64,000 nt of DNA, from positions 25,732,001-25,796,000 of the forward strand of contig NW_024704742.1 of the NCBI RefSeq assembly GCF_018977255.1. The letters run 5' to 3'. The notes beneath the pieces are model-generated. The model worked only from the letters and a program-made list of their open reading frames with translations. It made no database searches and was not told where the DNA came from. Position numbers and translations under genes: made by a program. This document shows positions 37,401 to 52,102 of this stretch, piece by piece; position 1 is the first letter of the stretch, and every line of letters begins with the position of its first letter. The DNA is from Callorhinchus milii (lineage: Eukaryota).

Positions 37401-40029
37401 AATAGCTATGGATGTATTGGCGAGGCAGAGAGCTCCTTCTTATAATCTGTTGCAAGAAATTAAGGGCAGAGTGAAAAATGCCACATTTTATAACAGATTC
37501 GATGCGTTAATTGTCATGACCGAAACTGTTATGAGATTTGGTATTATTCATCCTCCAATATTTAAATTAATTAGAGATTTGCCTACATGTCAATATAACC
37601 ACTGTGGTGTGTGTGAGAGAGAGAGATAGACGGTATTAGCCTATTATGCCTATATAAAATACTAGGCGAGGAAGTCAGTGAGATTGGAAGAGTTGTGCTC
37701 TGTCACAAAAACAGATCACTAACTTGAGATGTATTTTGGGGACGGAGGAAGTGTACTGCTGGTGTAAAGGACTAAAAGCATGAAACTCATATATAATAAG
37801 ACCAGCCTGAAAGCTATAAAGCAGCAGCCATCGGTGGTTCATAGAGCTAGCGATTTGTTTTAAAAATATATACACTTTAAATATGATTTTCGTGACTGGG
37901 AACATGCATATGATCAGGTAGCAAAAGCACCTCGCATTGCAAGCAATAGGAGTGCGACTACTTCTGTGTAAACGTTAAGATGCGAGAGGGAAAGATACTC
38001 TTCAAGCTATTCAGCTCATTTTGTTAGTGAATGGGAGCGGAAGCGAAACGTAACATTAAATAGTCGTGATAACTTTCTGCTGATTGACAAGCGACAGGCA
38101 ATAGTCCTCGGCAAATTACAAGCGGTATGCAATAAAGCATTGCCCGTATTGACATAACGAGGGAAAAGCCCCAGGCAGTACCAAACTGGTAGAAATATTT
38201 GCTGGAGGAATTTGAGCGAAACGTTGCTTTGGGCATAAATCGCCCTTCTATGCTTAACAAGACATTTCGGAGATTGTCTCAATGCTCAAATCCGCTCTCT
38301 CTATCTGTGTTTCCTCTAATCTTTGGTCGTCCCAATATTCCATATATATATATCTATACACACACAACAAAATTACATTTGTATAGCGTATTTGTGTATA
38401 TATATACATTTTAGTTATATGCATATATACACATGTATTTATATTTACCAATGAAATAAAGGACAGTTGAAGTGTAATTTCGGGTTATAATGGGAACGAT
38501 GGCTTACTAGAGTTACCTGTCCTCAACCTCGGAATATTGCAGACTTGCTCTGAAGTCCCTGGGTTGACAATTCACCGTTATACCCAGAATTATCGCAATT
38601 GCTTGTTCGATGGGAAGACCGATAGACCATTCAATATATAATAATAGTCCTTACATCTGGTCAAGCGCCTTTCACTTTAGGAAAGCTCAAAGCGCTTCAC
38701 ATGATACATTATAAATTGTAGTGACTGTGTATTCTCTCTGGGGGATTGTATATGAAAGCAGAATCGATTATTTATTTTCCAGCACTTGGGTTTGAAATCT
38801 ACATTGGTTTCCCGAATGGCATTGCAGCGGCAGAATGTGTTTATTCCGATTCAATTTCATTTGATTTAAATTGCCAGAAAGAAGGCAATTGTTGTAGGCT
38901 GCGAATAGTGATTTCTATGTTACATTGTTGAGTATATGGACACTTCAACATGAGCCGACTCTAAATTTGGTGCAATATTTTTGATGGGTGAATGAGACCG
39001 ATTTATTCCATTTTGTAAGTCTGCTGCTGTGCACGTTCCTCAGCTATAAGCTTCACATGATCTCCAGACAAAACCTACTTCCACTAACCACATACAACGT
39101 AACACGTCCTTGAAATTACAGAGAGCCCAGAACAGATTGAAATAAAAATCGCTATAGAGCTCAAGGTTTTAATAAAGAGTGGAATATAAGAGATTCCCCT
39201 CCCATGAGTTTACCAATAAGTAGTTTTGATAGAAGGTCAGCAATAGCAGTCTTTGTCGAAAGTCCATATTGAATTACTTGATGGAGTGCGCAGTGTTTTA
39301 AGATACTTGACGTTTGTATTGCATACAACTTAAATTTGTCACCCATGTGTCTCCATGTCTGTCTCTGCATCCCGCCTCCGTGTCTCCCCTGTGCATTTAT
39401 GTCTCTTGCCCAGTTTTATACCGCTGGAAATGATGTGATATTGTTTCCGTTTTGAGATTGATGTGAGCTGATTTACACCGTCCACTGGCGTCAAACAGGT
39501 TGGAATTAATTTGGTGGATTGGGAGCATGTGAAGGTTTAACTATTGGGTGTGGTGACATGAACACATCTGGTCGGCTGCTGATGTGCACAGTGCAAATAG
39601 AAATTCAACGTTACACAAGGCGCCCTATTCACTTGAGGCTACTTATGTTAATGCCATTTCCAAATTATAAAATAAAGTGGGGGCGGGGGGTCACAGAGGT
39701 TCACAGCCGATATCGGACCCATTGCATTGATGTATTGTGGACGAATTTCCTTCCAAAACCACTTTCGGGAGGTACTTTGGCTAGTCAAACCAAAATACTG
39801 CCTCATTTGCGCGTAGCTTTCTGTCTCTTGTGTCTTCCCCTGTTTTAGTGCCCCTGTCTCCTATCTGTTCCCAAATCTCCCTTTCCCAGTTTCTGCGTGT
39901 TTGTGTCCCTGTTTTGCATTTTTCTGGAACGGTGTCTCTCCATGTCTGCATTTATGTCTATCTTTCTGTATAATTATATCTGTTTGTGTTTGTATTGCAT
40001 GTGTTCTTTGTCTCTGCTTGCCTCCTAGT

Positions 40030-40312
40030 GTGTGTGTGCGCCCTGTGTCTTTATATTCCAACCTCACTGTTTGTGTTCCCTGTGCTTTTATATTCCAACC
40101 TCACTGTGTGTGTGTGTGTGTGTGTGTGTGTGCCATGTGCCTCTATATTCCAATCTCACGTGTGTGTGTGTGTGCCATGTGCCTTCATATTCCAACCTCA
40201 CTGTGTGTGTGTCTGTGTCCTGTGCTTTTCTATTCCAACTTCTTAGTGTGTGTATGTGTGTGTGTATATGAGTGCCCTGTGCCTCTATTCTCCTACCTCA
40301 CTGTTTATGTGC
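40030..40312. repeat. Minisatellite with embedded (TG)n tracts
   Basis: About six units of CC(C/A)TGTG(C/T)..TATATTCCAACCTCAC followed by variable-length TG runs. Confidence 0.85.
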
Positions 40313-43300
40313 CACAGACTCATACGCCTAGTATTTGCTCTTCCTCCTGGCATCAGATGACTACAATGTGCAGACATATAAACATTTGCACTGCAGAATT
40401 GTGCAACAGAAGTTAAATACATAGCAGTTACAGCTCACCACGAGCATCAGCTGACATTTACAGTAACACTGTGCAGCCAAAGCACAGCACCACTACTGTA
40501 CCGAAATGTACTGGATAGGCCGTGGAATGCCCTTATCAGTTTGAAAGACACGTACAGGAAGGATCACACTCTCCAGTTATTTCACTCGTGTTTAAAACTG
40601 GAGACCGATGGGTTTCTCACAGTTTTATTGCATGTTCACTTTGTCAGCTGGTCTCATTCCGTCTGTCGCTGTCTTAATCCAGTCACCCAGCCCCTTTGCC
40701 CTGCCAGATTATGAAGCTTTAACAGATCAAGTGTACGACTTTCTGAAACTGGAACTGCAATCCTGCACTGAGTCAATATTTCAGCACAATGGCACGAGTG
40801 CACCTGGGACATGTGTACTTGCTATCAGTGCGGCCACCCATACAAAACGCACGAATACAAACATACACATTTATAGAAATATACAGTCACACACTCCAGC
40901 TCAGACATATGCATGTCAGTAAAAACTCGCACATACATACAGTACACGCAAACATGGAAGCCGCAATGAAACAGTGACTTAAATTCATCCAGATTTAAAG
41001 GCGAAATTAATCTGTTTATTTATTTTTCTCTATAAACAATCAATTAAACCCAACGCGACCCTGGAACAAGTTATCTGTCAATTGCTATGAATCGACCGAA
41101 GTGTTCGGACAAATGGTCCTATCTGGAATTAGCTTAGCTCCCAGCAAATATATATATGTGTGTGTGTGTGTATATAAAATACTACGGAGCGAGAGGTAAT
41201 TGTATTTTCCCGATTTCCCATTATCTCTAAAGCTGGCACCCTGAACGATTATGGATCTTGACCAGAAGCTGAAAACGACATGGCTTCGCGAATAGCAAAC
41301 TATAAAATGCCTGTGAAGTATTGTACTCCAGGGGATTGAGCCTCGTACAGAGCGATTTGTAGAACGCTCCAAGGCTTGTTCTAATGTATGCACAACATAA
41401 ACAGGATATAAATGTCATCTTCGATGCAAACTTTTCAGAATAATGGGGTGTTATTTGGGATGCGGCGAGGAATGATCAAAGAATATGCAAAAGTGACTCA
41501 AGCGGCGGTAACCTAAGGCGATCGATTGGGTTTAATATCTCTGTCGTACAATTCACTTTGGCTGAGCGCCGACTTTGTGCATTCAACGAAAAGGGGACAT
41601 CGGTGGATGCAAAACGGCACATTGCAACTGTTTCCGATGGACAGAAAGACGCAATAATGAGGAATGTCTCGAATTCTTTCCAACAATAAACGCCCAAGTT
41701 TGTAACAGTAAAAGGGAACAAGTTGATAATCTTCTTTAGCCAAGCCACAATTATATTGTAAAATCAAACAAGCCTGGAGCTTGGCTGTTCCACCAAAACA
41801 AATCTCTGTGCAGATCACTTAACATCAGGGTTGGGTGCTTAGCGTTATCGCGACTGTTAGGAGGATTAATTCATTGGAATGCCACTGGGATCTATCCATC
41901 AATGACAATTGGTTAAATATTTCCGATTATTTTATTTTGCTAAATTTGAGCTGTCCTAGAAATTATTACTGCCCAGTGTACGTGAGCGCTGAACGCTTAT
42001 AGTTTACTAACATTTTTTTTTCGCGCAATGCCACGAACATGTTATTGTTCATAGAACGATTTTGTGTTATTGTTCATAGGATAAAATGCTCAACAATAAA
42101 AATAAAAACATACGCGTATTAGGTGAACACAATGAATTCAAACAATTTTGCAAGCTGATGTTTTTAAAATTGATGCTATATTCTTCAGGTACTATACACC
42201 CAGCAGCAGAGGCGTGTGGTTGTTGTTAGTCTCTTCACTTTACTCATGTATGATTCATGAAATGTTATTTGGATCGTAACTGACGCGAGATTATTCCTAT
42301 GTGTTATCCCAACATCTGCATTAATAAATAATGTAACATAAAACGCAACCAGGGGATGGCGTCTCTTCATTCACATGCAGACAGAGCCCATCGAGTCATC
42401 TTCTTAAAAGCCAACAGGCTTTTCTCATTTCCTCTCAACAAATGCCAAACTTTAAAGATACTGGTGATGTTTCACTTCATTTATCCTGGTTGAAGCACAG
42501 ACATATTTTCGCATCTCTGAGCTCTGTGCAGTGGGTGAGCATCAAAGCCTCTCAGCGTTCTTTATACACGCCGCTGGCAATCCACGTGAACCCAAGTTTT
42601 ATGCAGTAAAAGGAAAATAATAGTGCACTTTACTGGGCATTTTTCTGGGTATCTACCGAAAGTCTATGTTGCTCTTTTTGAAAACCAGGCAAGTCGCACG
42701 TTGCTTAACTAACTCAGAGTTTTAGTTTGTTTCACTAAAGGTACCAAAGAAGTGATGGATGACTCTTTATATGTGCAATATGCATATACTACCCAGGCCT
42801 AAATATCCTTTCTAAATAAGAAGCTGCCTAATCGGTGTTTGCTGTGTGATGAGTATTACGAGTTATTATTAGCAACTGCAAAAGAGGTGAAGAAGCTCGA
42901 TTTAGTTCAGGCTTCGACAAACGCAGTGATTTACTGTCTGAGCTATTAGCACGAATGTACCTATTACCACTTATAATACGGAACTCCCCTTCCTGGGTCT
43001 GGATCCTATTAGCCATCCAGTTCGAACTGCTTGAGAGAGCTTCTGCAGAAACAAAAAGAACATTAAACATAAAAGGTGACCAGAAGGCTACGCTTGTTAC
43101 AGGATAATTACATACAAGACATATGGGGTTAAACATAGATGTGTGCTGAATGCCATATTCCACTTATGCCCTTCCCTTATACTTTTCATAGATTTTTTAT
43201 TTAGAAATGTTAAACATTGACGTACGTGTTTCTTCGCTTTTTTAAAAATATATAAATTGGAAGTTTTGCACACAAAATAAATCCCAAATGAACTGTTGAT

Positions 43301-44105
43301 CTGAATAAAGCTTTTTTTTACATTTCCTTCTGAATGGTACAAAGGGAACGGAAGAGACTTAATTGGTGACTGAAAGATGAAAGGAGACGCTATATGAATT
43401 CCTCGTCTGAATATAACATGTGAACAAATAAAAGCAATTTTTAAAAAAAACAACTGAAAAGTTTAGAATCTGACATTTTCTACCAGCTAACCACTTGCCT
43501 CTGATTAGATTTTTCCATCAAATGGTGTTATTTCGGAAGATAAGATACCGCAAGTGCCTCTTCAAATAAAATCGACCTTTTATTAGAATGACAGTCGCAG
43601 TGCTTTGATAGCATTGAATTCATATTATAGTATCTTGTGTTCAGTGCAGGTCTCGTTGTAAACCTAGAGTTTCGGGATGGCCTCTGGTCACAGCAACGTT
43701 CATCCCCACACCAGAGTGCATAAGCAAAATAAAGCGACTTGCACATGCGGTTTAGTGGTACAGTATTGAATGTGTTTGTATTACTACACTGCAGCAGATT
43801 GGAGAATTTACATTTTGGACTAATTTGATCCATGGGCGCATCAAGACGTTTGTTGAACTGACCGTTCCCATCTAATTCGACTCTTGTTTACAGTGCTATA
43901 CATAAGTGTGTTATTATTATGGGAGAGGAGATTGGAACTGAATAGCTGCACCGAGTATATATCAGGTAGTGGTACCTAATTGGTAGTTTATCTATCTTCC
44001 AGCCTCGCTGCTATTGAACCACTCCGTTTACATGACAAGATGCTGTTACCAGAGGAGGGTGGCTGGTTGGGGGTAAAGTGAAGATAAAACTTCTCATCCC
44101 CTTCT

Positions 44106-44138
<33 letters not shown>

Positions 44139-45584
44139 CACAGGAAAGCAGCTGAACCGTTCCCTATCCCCTCTGTAAAACAATTTTAGCAGCACTCAGT
44201 TGTACGCTGCTCCACTCGCATTGGAGAGATTCTCAAACGAAAATGAAACGGTCCTTCAGTAAAGTTTTTAAGAGAACTGAATCAGTTCAAACAGCAGGCA
44301 ACCGCACTCGTGCATTTGTTTTGAAAACGTTTTTTCTTTTTTTTTAAAAAAAATGCTATTTGCCAGTTGGGGCGCTGGCCTTGTTTTCAACGCCCTGGAA
44401 GAGGAAGAGACAAACCAGCCAGGATTCCTGCTCTGATTTCTGCTCAGAGGCTGCCACTGGAAGGTGCCTGCGTGAGTATATGTTTGAGGACAGGATTGAG
44501 CTTGTTTATGATTTGCCCTCCTCTTCCCACAATTGCACAGTCAACACGCACTGTGCAGAATCGTATATGAATAATGATAATGGTCTCTGGGGCTAAATAC
44601 TGGAGGACAATTGGTGCCCGTGGAGCTCCATCTCAGTGCAAGTAAAAAGCAGTCAAGATACCTCCAGGGGATTAGGAGAAAATTACCGGAGAAGAAAACA
44701 AACTTTGGCTGATGTGAGTGGTTGGGAAACTGCTTTCCTCGTTGTGAGGGGAGAGTGGTTGCTTTCAGCACCCTGTGCCATGCCTGTGTGTCTCCATTTG
44801 AGCACACAGTACATTGTGTGGCGTGTAGTGATTTTGGAGGTTAGTCATGGTTGGTAGTGCCCGTTGCCTCTGAAAATGAGTGCAATAATGTGCTTAAATT
44901 AACCACCAACTTAAATTGTGCAGTTGTTAGCAAGCTAATAATGTAATGGCGTATTGTATTCTCAAGTGACTTCAGTTGGATAGTATCTGGTTAATTTATG
45001 AGTACCGAAATGTGGTTCAGTTCAGACCAAAATGGGTTTGCTCATACCTGACTTGTTAAAGGAAAGGAATGGTGGGTGGGCCCGTACAATGGCAATTTCA
45101 TGCCATGGCAATTGATGCAAAGAAAAAAAATATGCTTCAGTGATTCTGCCAACAGCGCCAACAATATTTTTGAACAGTTATGCACCGTGCAATGAAGGCA
45201 CGTTTCTTGTTTAAATGGAATATTCAATGCGTTTGTTTTCCCATCTCTTCCTCTAGAGGAGAAGGGTGTTCAACTCCAAGCAGTTTCATGGAGTGTCTGG
45301 TCGTTGATAATGTGGTTCTCAGCAGCTTTGGTGTGTCCAATCCTTAAATAATCCAATAGGGAGACATCACGAACGCTGATATCTCATGGAAGGGGTGTCT
45401 GATCCCTGTTGTCTAGTGGGAGCGTCCAAGTTCTGGTGGAATAGTTGGTGTCTGAGCCCTGGCAGTCTGACATTGATTGACAGCAGACTCCAGCCATTTA
45501 CAAGCGGCTGGATTTGGAATGTCAATCAGTGAGGGGGCGGGGGAACGGTGAAGAAGAAGGGGGGATGGGAAGAGTTAAATCACA

Positions 45585-45585
<1 letters not shown>

Positions 45586-45630
<45 letters not shown>

Positions 45631-45672
45631 GGATGGATGGATGGATGGATGGATTGATTGATTGATGGATAG
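45586..45672. repeat. Compound tetranucleotide microsatellite (TGAT)n(GGAT)n(TGAT)n
   Basis: Directly visible in the sequence. Confidence 0.95.
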
Positions 45673-46414
45673 ATGGAGCCGCTTGTGAATGGGTGGACTG
45701 GCCATGGGGAAGGGTAATGGGACGGAGGAAGCGGTGATGCTGGGAGGGAGGAGGTAAGTGAAGTTAGACCTCAAAGTTCAGCAGCAACAAATAGCAACTG
45801 GAATGTGTTACCAAGAAATGTGATTGAGGCCATGTGATGGGAGGATGGTATGGTAGGTATTCAGGAAGAATGGGATCAAATCTGAACCTCTCTTGCGCTC
45901 TTGTCATCTCCTGAAAAGTGTTCTGAGGTGAGCAGGATCAATCCTCTCTGGAAGTTATGATTGTCATTTATTACGTTAATTCCATACAGGGATTCTTCCA
46001 TTTTGCTTCTAATAATTGATTGCTATAGATTGCCTTCTGAATGGGCCAATTGATTTAGCTGTATAACTCCTCTTGGTGTACAGGTTTTTTTTTGATACCC
46101 TCAAAAATAATTGAAGGAAACAGTGAGGTGCCTTCTTCAGATTGTAGGTTATATTCAATCAGCTCACTGGTTTTGTTTGCATCACATACTTTGGAGTTGT
46201 CTTTACTTCATGACTGGTCAGATGCTTCTGACACAATCAGTTGTTGAGAACACAGTTTCACTGCCAGACATTTCACTTAGTCAATTACCATTAGTTACCC
46301 CTTCACCTCTGCCCTCCCTTTCAATAAAAAATGAGATTCTGAGGACATTCTCCTCTGCAACTTTACTAGTAGACTGAAAATGTTACCAAGAGCCACTTGA
46401 ATACCATATGCACA

Positions 46415-46590
46415 GGAGAGGAGATACTAATACATGAGGGTGAAGGGAATAAAGGGTATGGGAGAAGTATGAAACAGGTGATTAGGAGGGGGTGGAGGCT
46501 CATATGGAATATCAACATGGGTATAGAGTAGTTGGGCTGATTATCCTGTTTTCATGCTATAACAGTCAGTGTATTTCTATGTAATTGTAT
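46415..46590 (+). mobile_element. CR1-type 3' UTR fragment
   Basis: AAAGGGTATGGG...GGTGGAGGCTCATATGGAATATCAACATGGG...TTGGGCTGA...TTCTATGTAA is similar to the other CR1 tails in the window. Confidence 0.6.
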
Positions 46591-48647
46591 GGATGTTCTA
46601 GTTTGGGTAGATATCCCTCTTTACAGGTAGGAAGCATTTCCCATAGCTATTTATCCCGCGCAGTTTACAACACCACCTATCTCACTTTTGTGACAATAGT
46701 AGTTGTGAGATATCTGTCAATTGGAAAGGATTGTAATTAGATTGAAATGAAACTTGTTAAGTTCTATCAATTATGGAGTTCTTCTCCCCAACTGTACTCA
46801 GCTGCACATGCTCCTCCATGAGGCACGGTGGACCTGCTAATTGCAGACAAGATCTAGGATAAGCTGCTAGGGATCGTCTTGCTAACAAACAACAGGCAGA
46901 CAAGGGCTGGGGACTCTTTGACAGACTAGTGTGGTAGGACCCTGACCGTTTCTGATAGCACATCAAGCTAAATGTAAAAAATAACCCGTATCTTCCAACC
47001 CGGCCTCAACATGAACTCACCTCCTCCCCACTCTATTTGGTTCCCCTCACAGTGATATGAGATGAATTGTGTTTTCTCGTAAAATGCTCAGGCTGTAAAT
47101 AATTTAGAATAAGTGCCCTTCTTGAGAACAAGGTTTTATTGTTAGAGTTATCATTGGTTTACGTGGTTCTGTTGTCCATTCTGTCATAGTTCTTTGTAAG
47201 TCTTTATACACTGAATGTTTATAATATAAAAAAGATGTTTAATAGCATGAACAGTTAAATGAGTCCCTTGTATCTTTATTTCTCTGACACGTTGCTGTGC
47301 TAGAAACAGTGTGAGCTTTTATAAATGTTATTCCACATAAAAGTCCAAAGCAGCTTTCAGAACATTAGTAGCAATGCACAATTCAGTGCAGATTAAAAAA
47401 CACATATACTTAAAATATTTGGTCTCATTATTGTAATAAAACTTTACTGGCAATAGTCCCACCCTTGTTAGCCTAAGATTTCACATCAAATTTACAGCAG
47501 TAACAGTGCATTAAGTGTTTAGCCTGAAAATCCCAGTGCAAAACAGCTGATATATCAGAAGTTCACAAGAGGTTAGGGTTGAAAGTCTTCTATTTGAAAT
47601 ATAAATGTTGCATCTCATCTTTACCAATACCAATCACATCATCTTCTAATTCAACAGCTCTGCCCACAATGAGAGCACCTTCCTTCAGTTTTCTGGTGCT
47701 GGAGTTGTGCTACATCCAGTTCAGTGGAACAACCAGTGAAACCAATGCATGGTGTGAAGCAACAATATCCTGATGTATCTTAAAATTGGCCTGTATTCAT
47801 CCCGGCAGGGCCTCCAACCTCCTTCCGGCTAGAAGCCACTTGCGGATGGATCAATGGAATTAAAAGTGCACATCTGAGCTTGGGTGCTCCAGATCGCTCT
47901 GATGTTTGGAAAGTCACTGACTAGAGGCATTGTTTGATGTGCTTCCCTTGCTCACACCTGCATCCCAATGCAGCAGAAACATCAGAACAAAACCCTCTCT
48001 TATTTCATGAAACAGCCAGTGCCTGTACTTTGTTAACAAGGCACACATACAGTTTGGAAGATGGTAATTGGTGAAATACTCAAATCCATAGTAAAATGGT
48101 TTTAGGTCCTAAACTGCTGCCTAATTGTACTGTGCAACTCTTTAGTCGTCCATTTAGAACACTGTCAGATTTGTACGTTTTGCATCTGATGTTCTGCGTA
48201 TTATTGGGAGTCACTGGTTGCAGCAAGCACCCTGTTTTATTTTGTAGCTCTGATTACACATTGATGAACACACTGATGGGCAGTCGCACACTTGGATTGA
48301 CAAAATACTAAGAAATATATCTTAGGAGATTTTTTTTATTAACAATAAAATATAGAAAAGAGACTTCTAGACCATTTTTGACAAATAACATAGTATAAAG
48401 TGAAGAATACCCAGTGTAATTTAAACAGTGAACGTATTGGGGAACCCAAAAAATTCTGAAGTGCTTTGAGACATGATAGGGTACTATATTAAATGCAAGG
48501 TTTATTTTATTAATATTATTTCCAATATTAAATGTAAATGGTTAAGTAGTCTTAAGGCTATGACCATGAAACATTTGGAGCCTCAGATGCAGAAGGCTCA
48601 GGCTTGGCTATGATGCTCCCCCGCTACAGTATCATACATCTATCAAA

Positions 48648-49075
48648 TGTCTGCCTGGCTCAGTTGGTAGAGCTCTCACCTCCGAGACAGAAGGTTGTGG
48701 GTTTAAGCCTCACATTGTTATTTCAAGTTCACAGTTTGGTCTGACATTCCATTGTTGTGCTGAAATAGTGCTACATTGTTCGAAGTGCTGTTCTGTGGAT
48801 GAAACATTAAACTGAGGTCCTGTCTGCCTGGTGGTGAATATTAGCGATCCTTTGGCACTATTTGATAAAAGAAGGTAGTTTCTCTTCCGAGATAATAATA
48901 CCCCAGTTTTTAAAAAAAATGGTCATTCACTTCATCATTGTTTGCAGGATGTTGCTGAGCGCAAATTGGCTGCCATGTTCATCTACAAATACACTTTTAC
49001 TACACATTACAGTAATTCCTATGAAATGTTTTGATGATATGATAAGATGCTACAACAAATCTTTGTTGGTTGGTT
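48648..49075 (+). mobile_element. Deu-domain SINE
   Basis: Same head and core (TTAAACTGAGGTCC...GGCACTATTTGA...AATTGGCTGCC) as 2540-2980. Confidence 0.75.
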
Positions 49076-51589
49076 GGCACTGAATATTTGCCAATGATTG
49101 TAGAATTATAATCAAAGTCCACAGCAACAATATGGTAGGTACCACAGGGTTGAACTTACAAAACCCTGACCTAGTCAATCAGATTAGGGCTCAAGGCTCC
49201 TTGTTTAATGCATCCTCTGTTTGTGTAATGAGTCCAGTACCAAGTCACAACAGGATTCTGAAAGTTTATCTGATTTGTTAGAAGAAACTTCCACAGAAAC
49301 ATTACCGGGTCCTCTACACACAGTGAGAGCAAAATTTGTATAATTCATTGCAAGGGTCAAGATCAGCAATACCATACATTAAAAAAATATTCAGGAATTT
49401 CTACCACACTTGTGGCTTTGTAATGATACCACTAAGGTAAAAGGATAGTTCATTTAGTGTTTCCCTTTTTGGTACGTTAGGTTAGTTTAAATAGTTACTA
49501 CAGAGAACATGTAACTAACTTCATGGAATTTATGGTGCAATGGGAAAATAATGGCATCTTGTCCGATCATCCCCTGAATGATGTACATTAATGACAGAAA
49601 GAGATAATGGACTAAATAACCCTTCTCATTCTTGTATTTCTACAAATTGTTGTAGTCCATTTGATCCTCTGATTATTTGCACATTGCGCAAGTATCACTG
49701 TGATAGGATTTGTGCATAAAACATTTTGATCAGGTGCACATTACTGCTGTATGCATTATTCCACATACTGTGCTTTGACTTGTGATGTTAAGCTGCTTTT
49801 GTGGTGCGGTGATGGGGGTTGGATGGCCCTCCAAAAGCCATCTTTACCAGATCAAAACTCTCCAGTCTGGTGGTTTGATTGTTTTAGTATTACAGGCCGG
49901 AATTTGGGCCATGGATCAAAGAGATGGGTTCCTCTGCTGGAGGCCCTGTGTGCAAGCACATACTAAGGAAATGATAATGGTAATGATTTAGCTGAATCCA
50001 GCAGCTGGGTGGAGGTGTGTAAGTGTTTAAACTACACAGTGCCAGCTCCAATAAGTAATGTTTTTATGTTCATATAGAAAATGCGCATCACATCAAAGAG
50101 GTAAAGCTGAAGGAAAGCATAAACAAAGACAAATATAAAAGAAAGTTATGAAAGAGGGAAAAGCAAAGAGAAGAGAGGGCTAAGGGGTGCAGCATATTAG
50201 CACACTGTCATTTTACTTCTGGGTTTGAATCCACTCAAGATTGAATGAAAGTTCCCTACCCATTTTTTCTTCACTAGGTGTAAGGGTCTTAACCAAAAAA
50301 GAATTTGGGTTGTTTCAATCCAGTATGAGTAGGCATAAGTCAACAAAACAAAATTGTTATAGTCATAAAGTGGAAGATTTGCTCAGAGAGGTCAGAAGTG
50401 AACTGGTTTTTAAATGTTAAAACTTTTGCACTGATGGAGTTAGTGGAAGGGGATTCCTGTTTGCAAGAGGGTTCTTCAATGCAGCTCTTGTCATATTTTT
50501 CTCACACACTAGTTTGAAGCCTGATGGTGATATTACATTGCATTGGATACATTTACTAAAGCCCCTTTGGTGGCTCATGCAGAGAACAATATCAGTGCAA
50601 ACTCACAGGGCAAAATGGAATGTTTCTGTGCTTTAACTTTCCATGATATTGTGATTAATTGGTCACTCATTACTGTTTGTTGGTTATTGCTGGCCCAAAT
50701 TAAGTAATATGTTTTTGAAAATGTAAGAGTCACTACATTTCTTAAAATGACTAATTCTACAACATGCTTTTTAATTCAGTAAAGGCACTATGATATCAAA
50801 ATGAAAATATTGTATTATAAATATAATTCTTGGAATTATAATTCCAGCAAAGAATAAAGCTGGAAATTAGCAGCAGTAATTTTGTCAGTTCCTTTTTATA
50901 ATTCACTTGAGATACTCCTGTTGCCCACTCGGACTGGGAGTTTGCAGCCACCTTTGTGAATGAGTCTCTTCAGCTTGGAATTCTCCAAGTGTTGCCCCTT
51001 CATGTTTATTAATATGGCCTCAACCAATTGGATTGTTTCTATTTCTCCCCCTTATTATTGCAGATTTTAACACTTTTAATGGGTAGGAATGCCGGTTGAG
51101 ACATTGAATATATCAATAGCCCAATCCCAAGATGTTATGATAAAAACAGAAGTTGCTGGGAAGGTTAGGCAGCATCTATGGAGAGAGGAAATTGAATTAA
51201 CGTTTCAGGTTGATGACCTTTCACCAAGATGTTGTGCTTACCCATAAATACACCATGACTTCACTTGGAAGCAATTGCCTGTGAAGTGCTTCAAGACATT
51301 CTCAGTGTCTTGGGCACTTTATTAAATACAACGATTATTATTATAATTATTATAATATGATTTGTGTTGATACAGATTGAAAGTAATTTTGAACAGCAGA
51401 CTTTTGTTGTGACATAAACAATTCCTAGCTCAGAGTACCTAACCTGTTGGCACCAGGGTCTGTTCTGCTCCCATTGAAGGGATGGCAGATGTAGACCCAG
51501 AACATGGAATTTGTAACTCTCTTCTCCAGAGTGCATTCTTGTTTCTAACTATCTCTTTCTCTTACTTCCTATCTGTTTTGTTGTGTATG

Positions 51590-52102
51590 ATAGATATTGG
51601 AACATTGGAGAGAGTACAATGTAGATGTGTAAGGATGTTGTCAGGGATGAGAGGATACAAATATCACAAACCCTTGGATAGGTTGGAGGTTTGCTCCCTA
51701 GAGTTGAGATATTTGAAAGGGGATCTGATAGAGTTATTTAAGATTATGAAAGGCTTTGATCAAATGGACTTTGATGGTCTATTTCCACCTATTGGTGAGT
51801 ACAAAACAAGAGGGAGTAAATATAAGGTAGCCAGTAATTGATCTAATAAGGAGCATAGGAGAAACTTAGTTAAGTAGACAGGGTGGTGAGAATGTGGAAC
51901 TCATTGCTAGAAGCAGTGGTTGAACAAGATAGCATCACTGTATTTAAGAGAAAACTTGTAGCATTCTTGAAGGAGAACGAAACAGGGAATACAAGAGAGG
52001 AGAATTTGGAGGGCGGTGGGAGGCTAGTATATAGTTTAAACACTGACATGTATTTGTTAGGCCTAATGGGCTGTTTCTGTGCCATATGTTATTCTATGTA
52101 AT
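51590..52102 (+). mobile_element. CR1 LINE 3' fragment
   Basis: DIGTLERVQCRCVRM...SLELRYLKGDLIELFKIMKGFD and VVRMWNSL...FKRKL, then a CR1-type 3' UTR ending ATTCTATG. Confidence 0.88.

Noticed and set aside
40030..40312. CRISPR-like repeat-spacer pattern and Cys-rich ORFs
   Set aside because: The spacers are (TG)n runs, there are no cas genes and the context is vertebrate; the Cys/Val richness is just translated TG repeats.
44450..44470. CTCF-like site at the edge of the CpG domain (CCACTGGAAGGTGCC)
   Set aside because: It deviates from the core consensus at several positions and cannot be supported without motif scoring or ChIP data.
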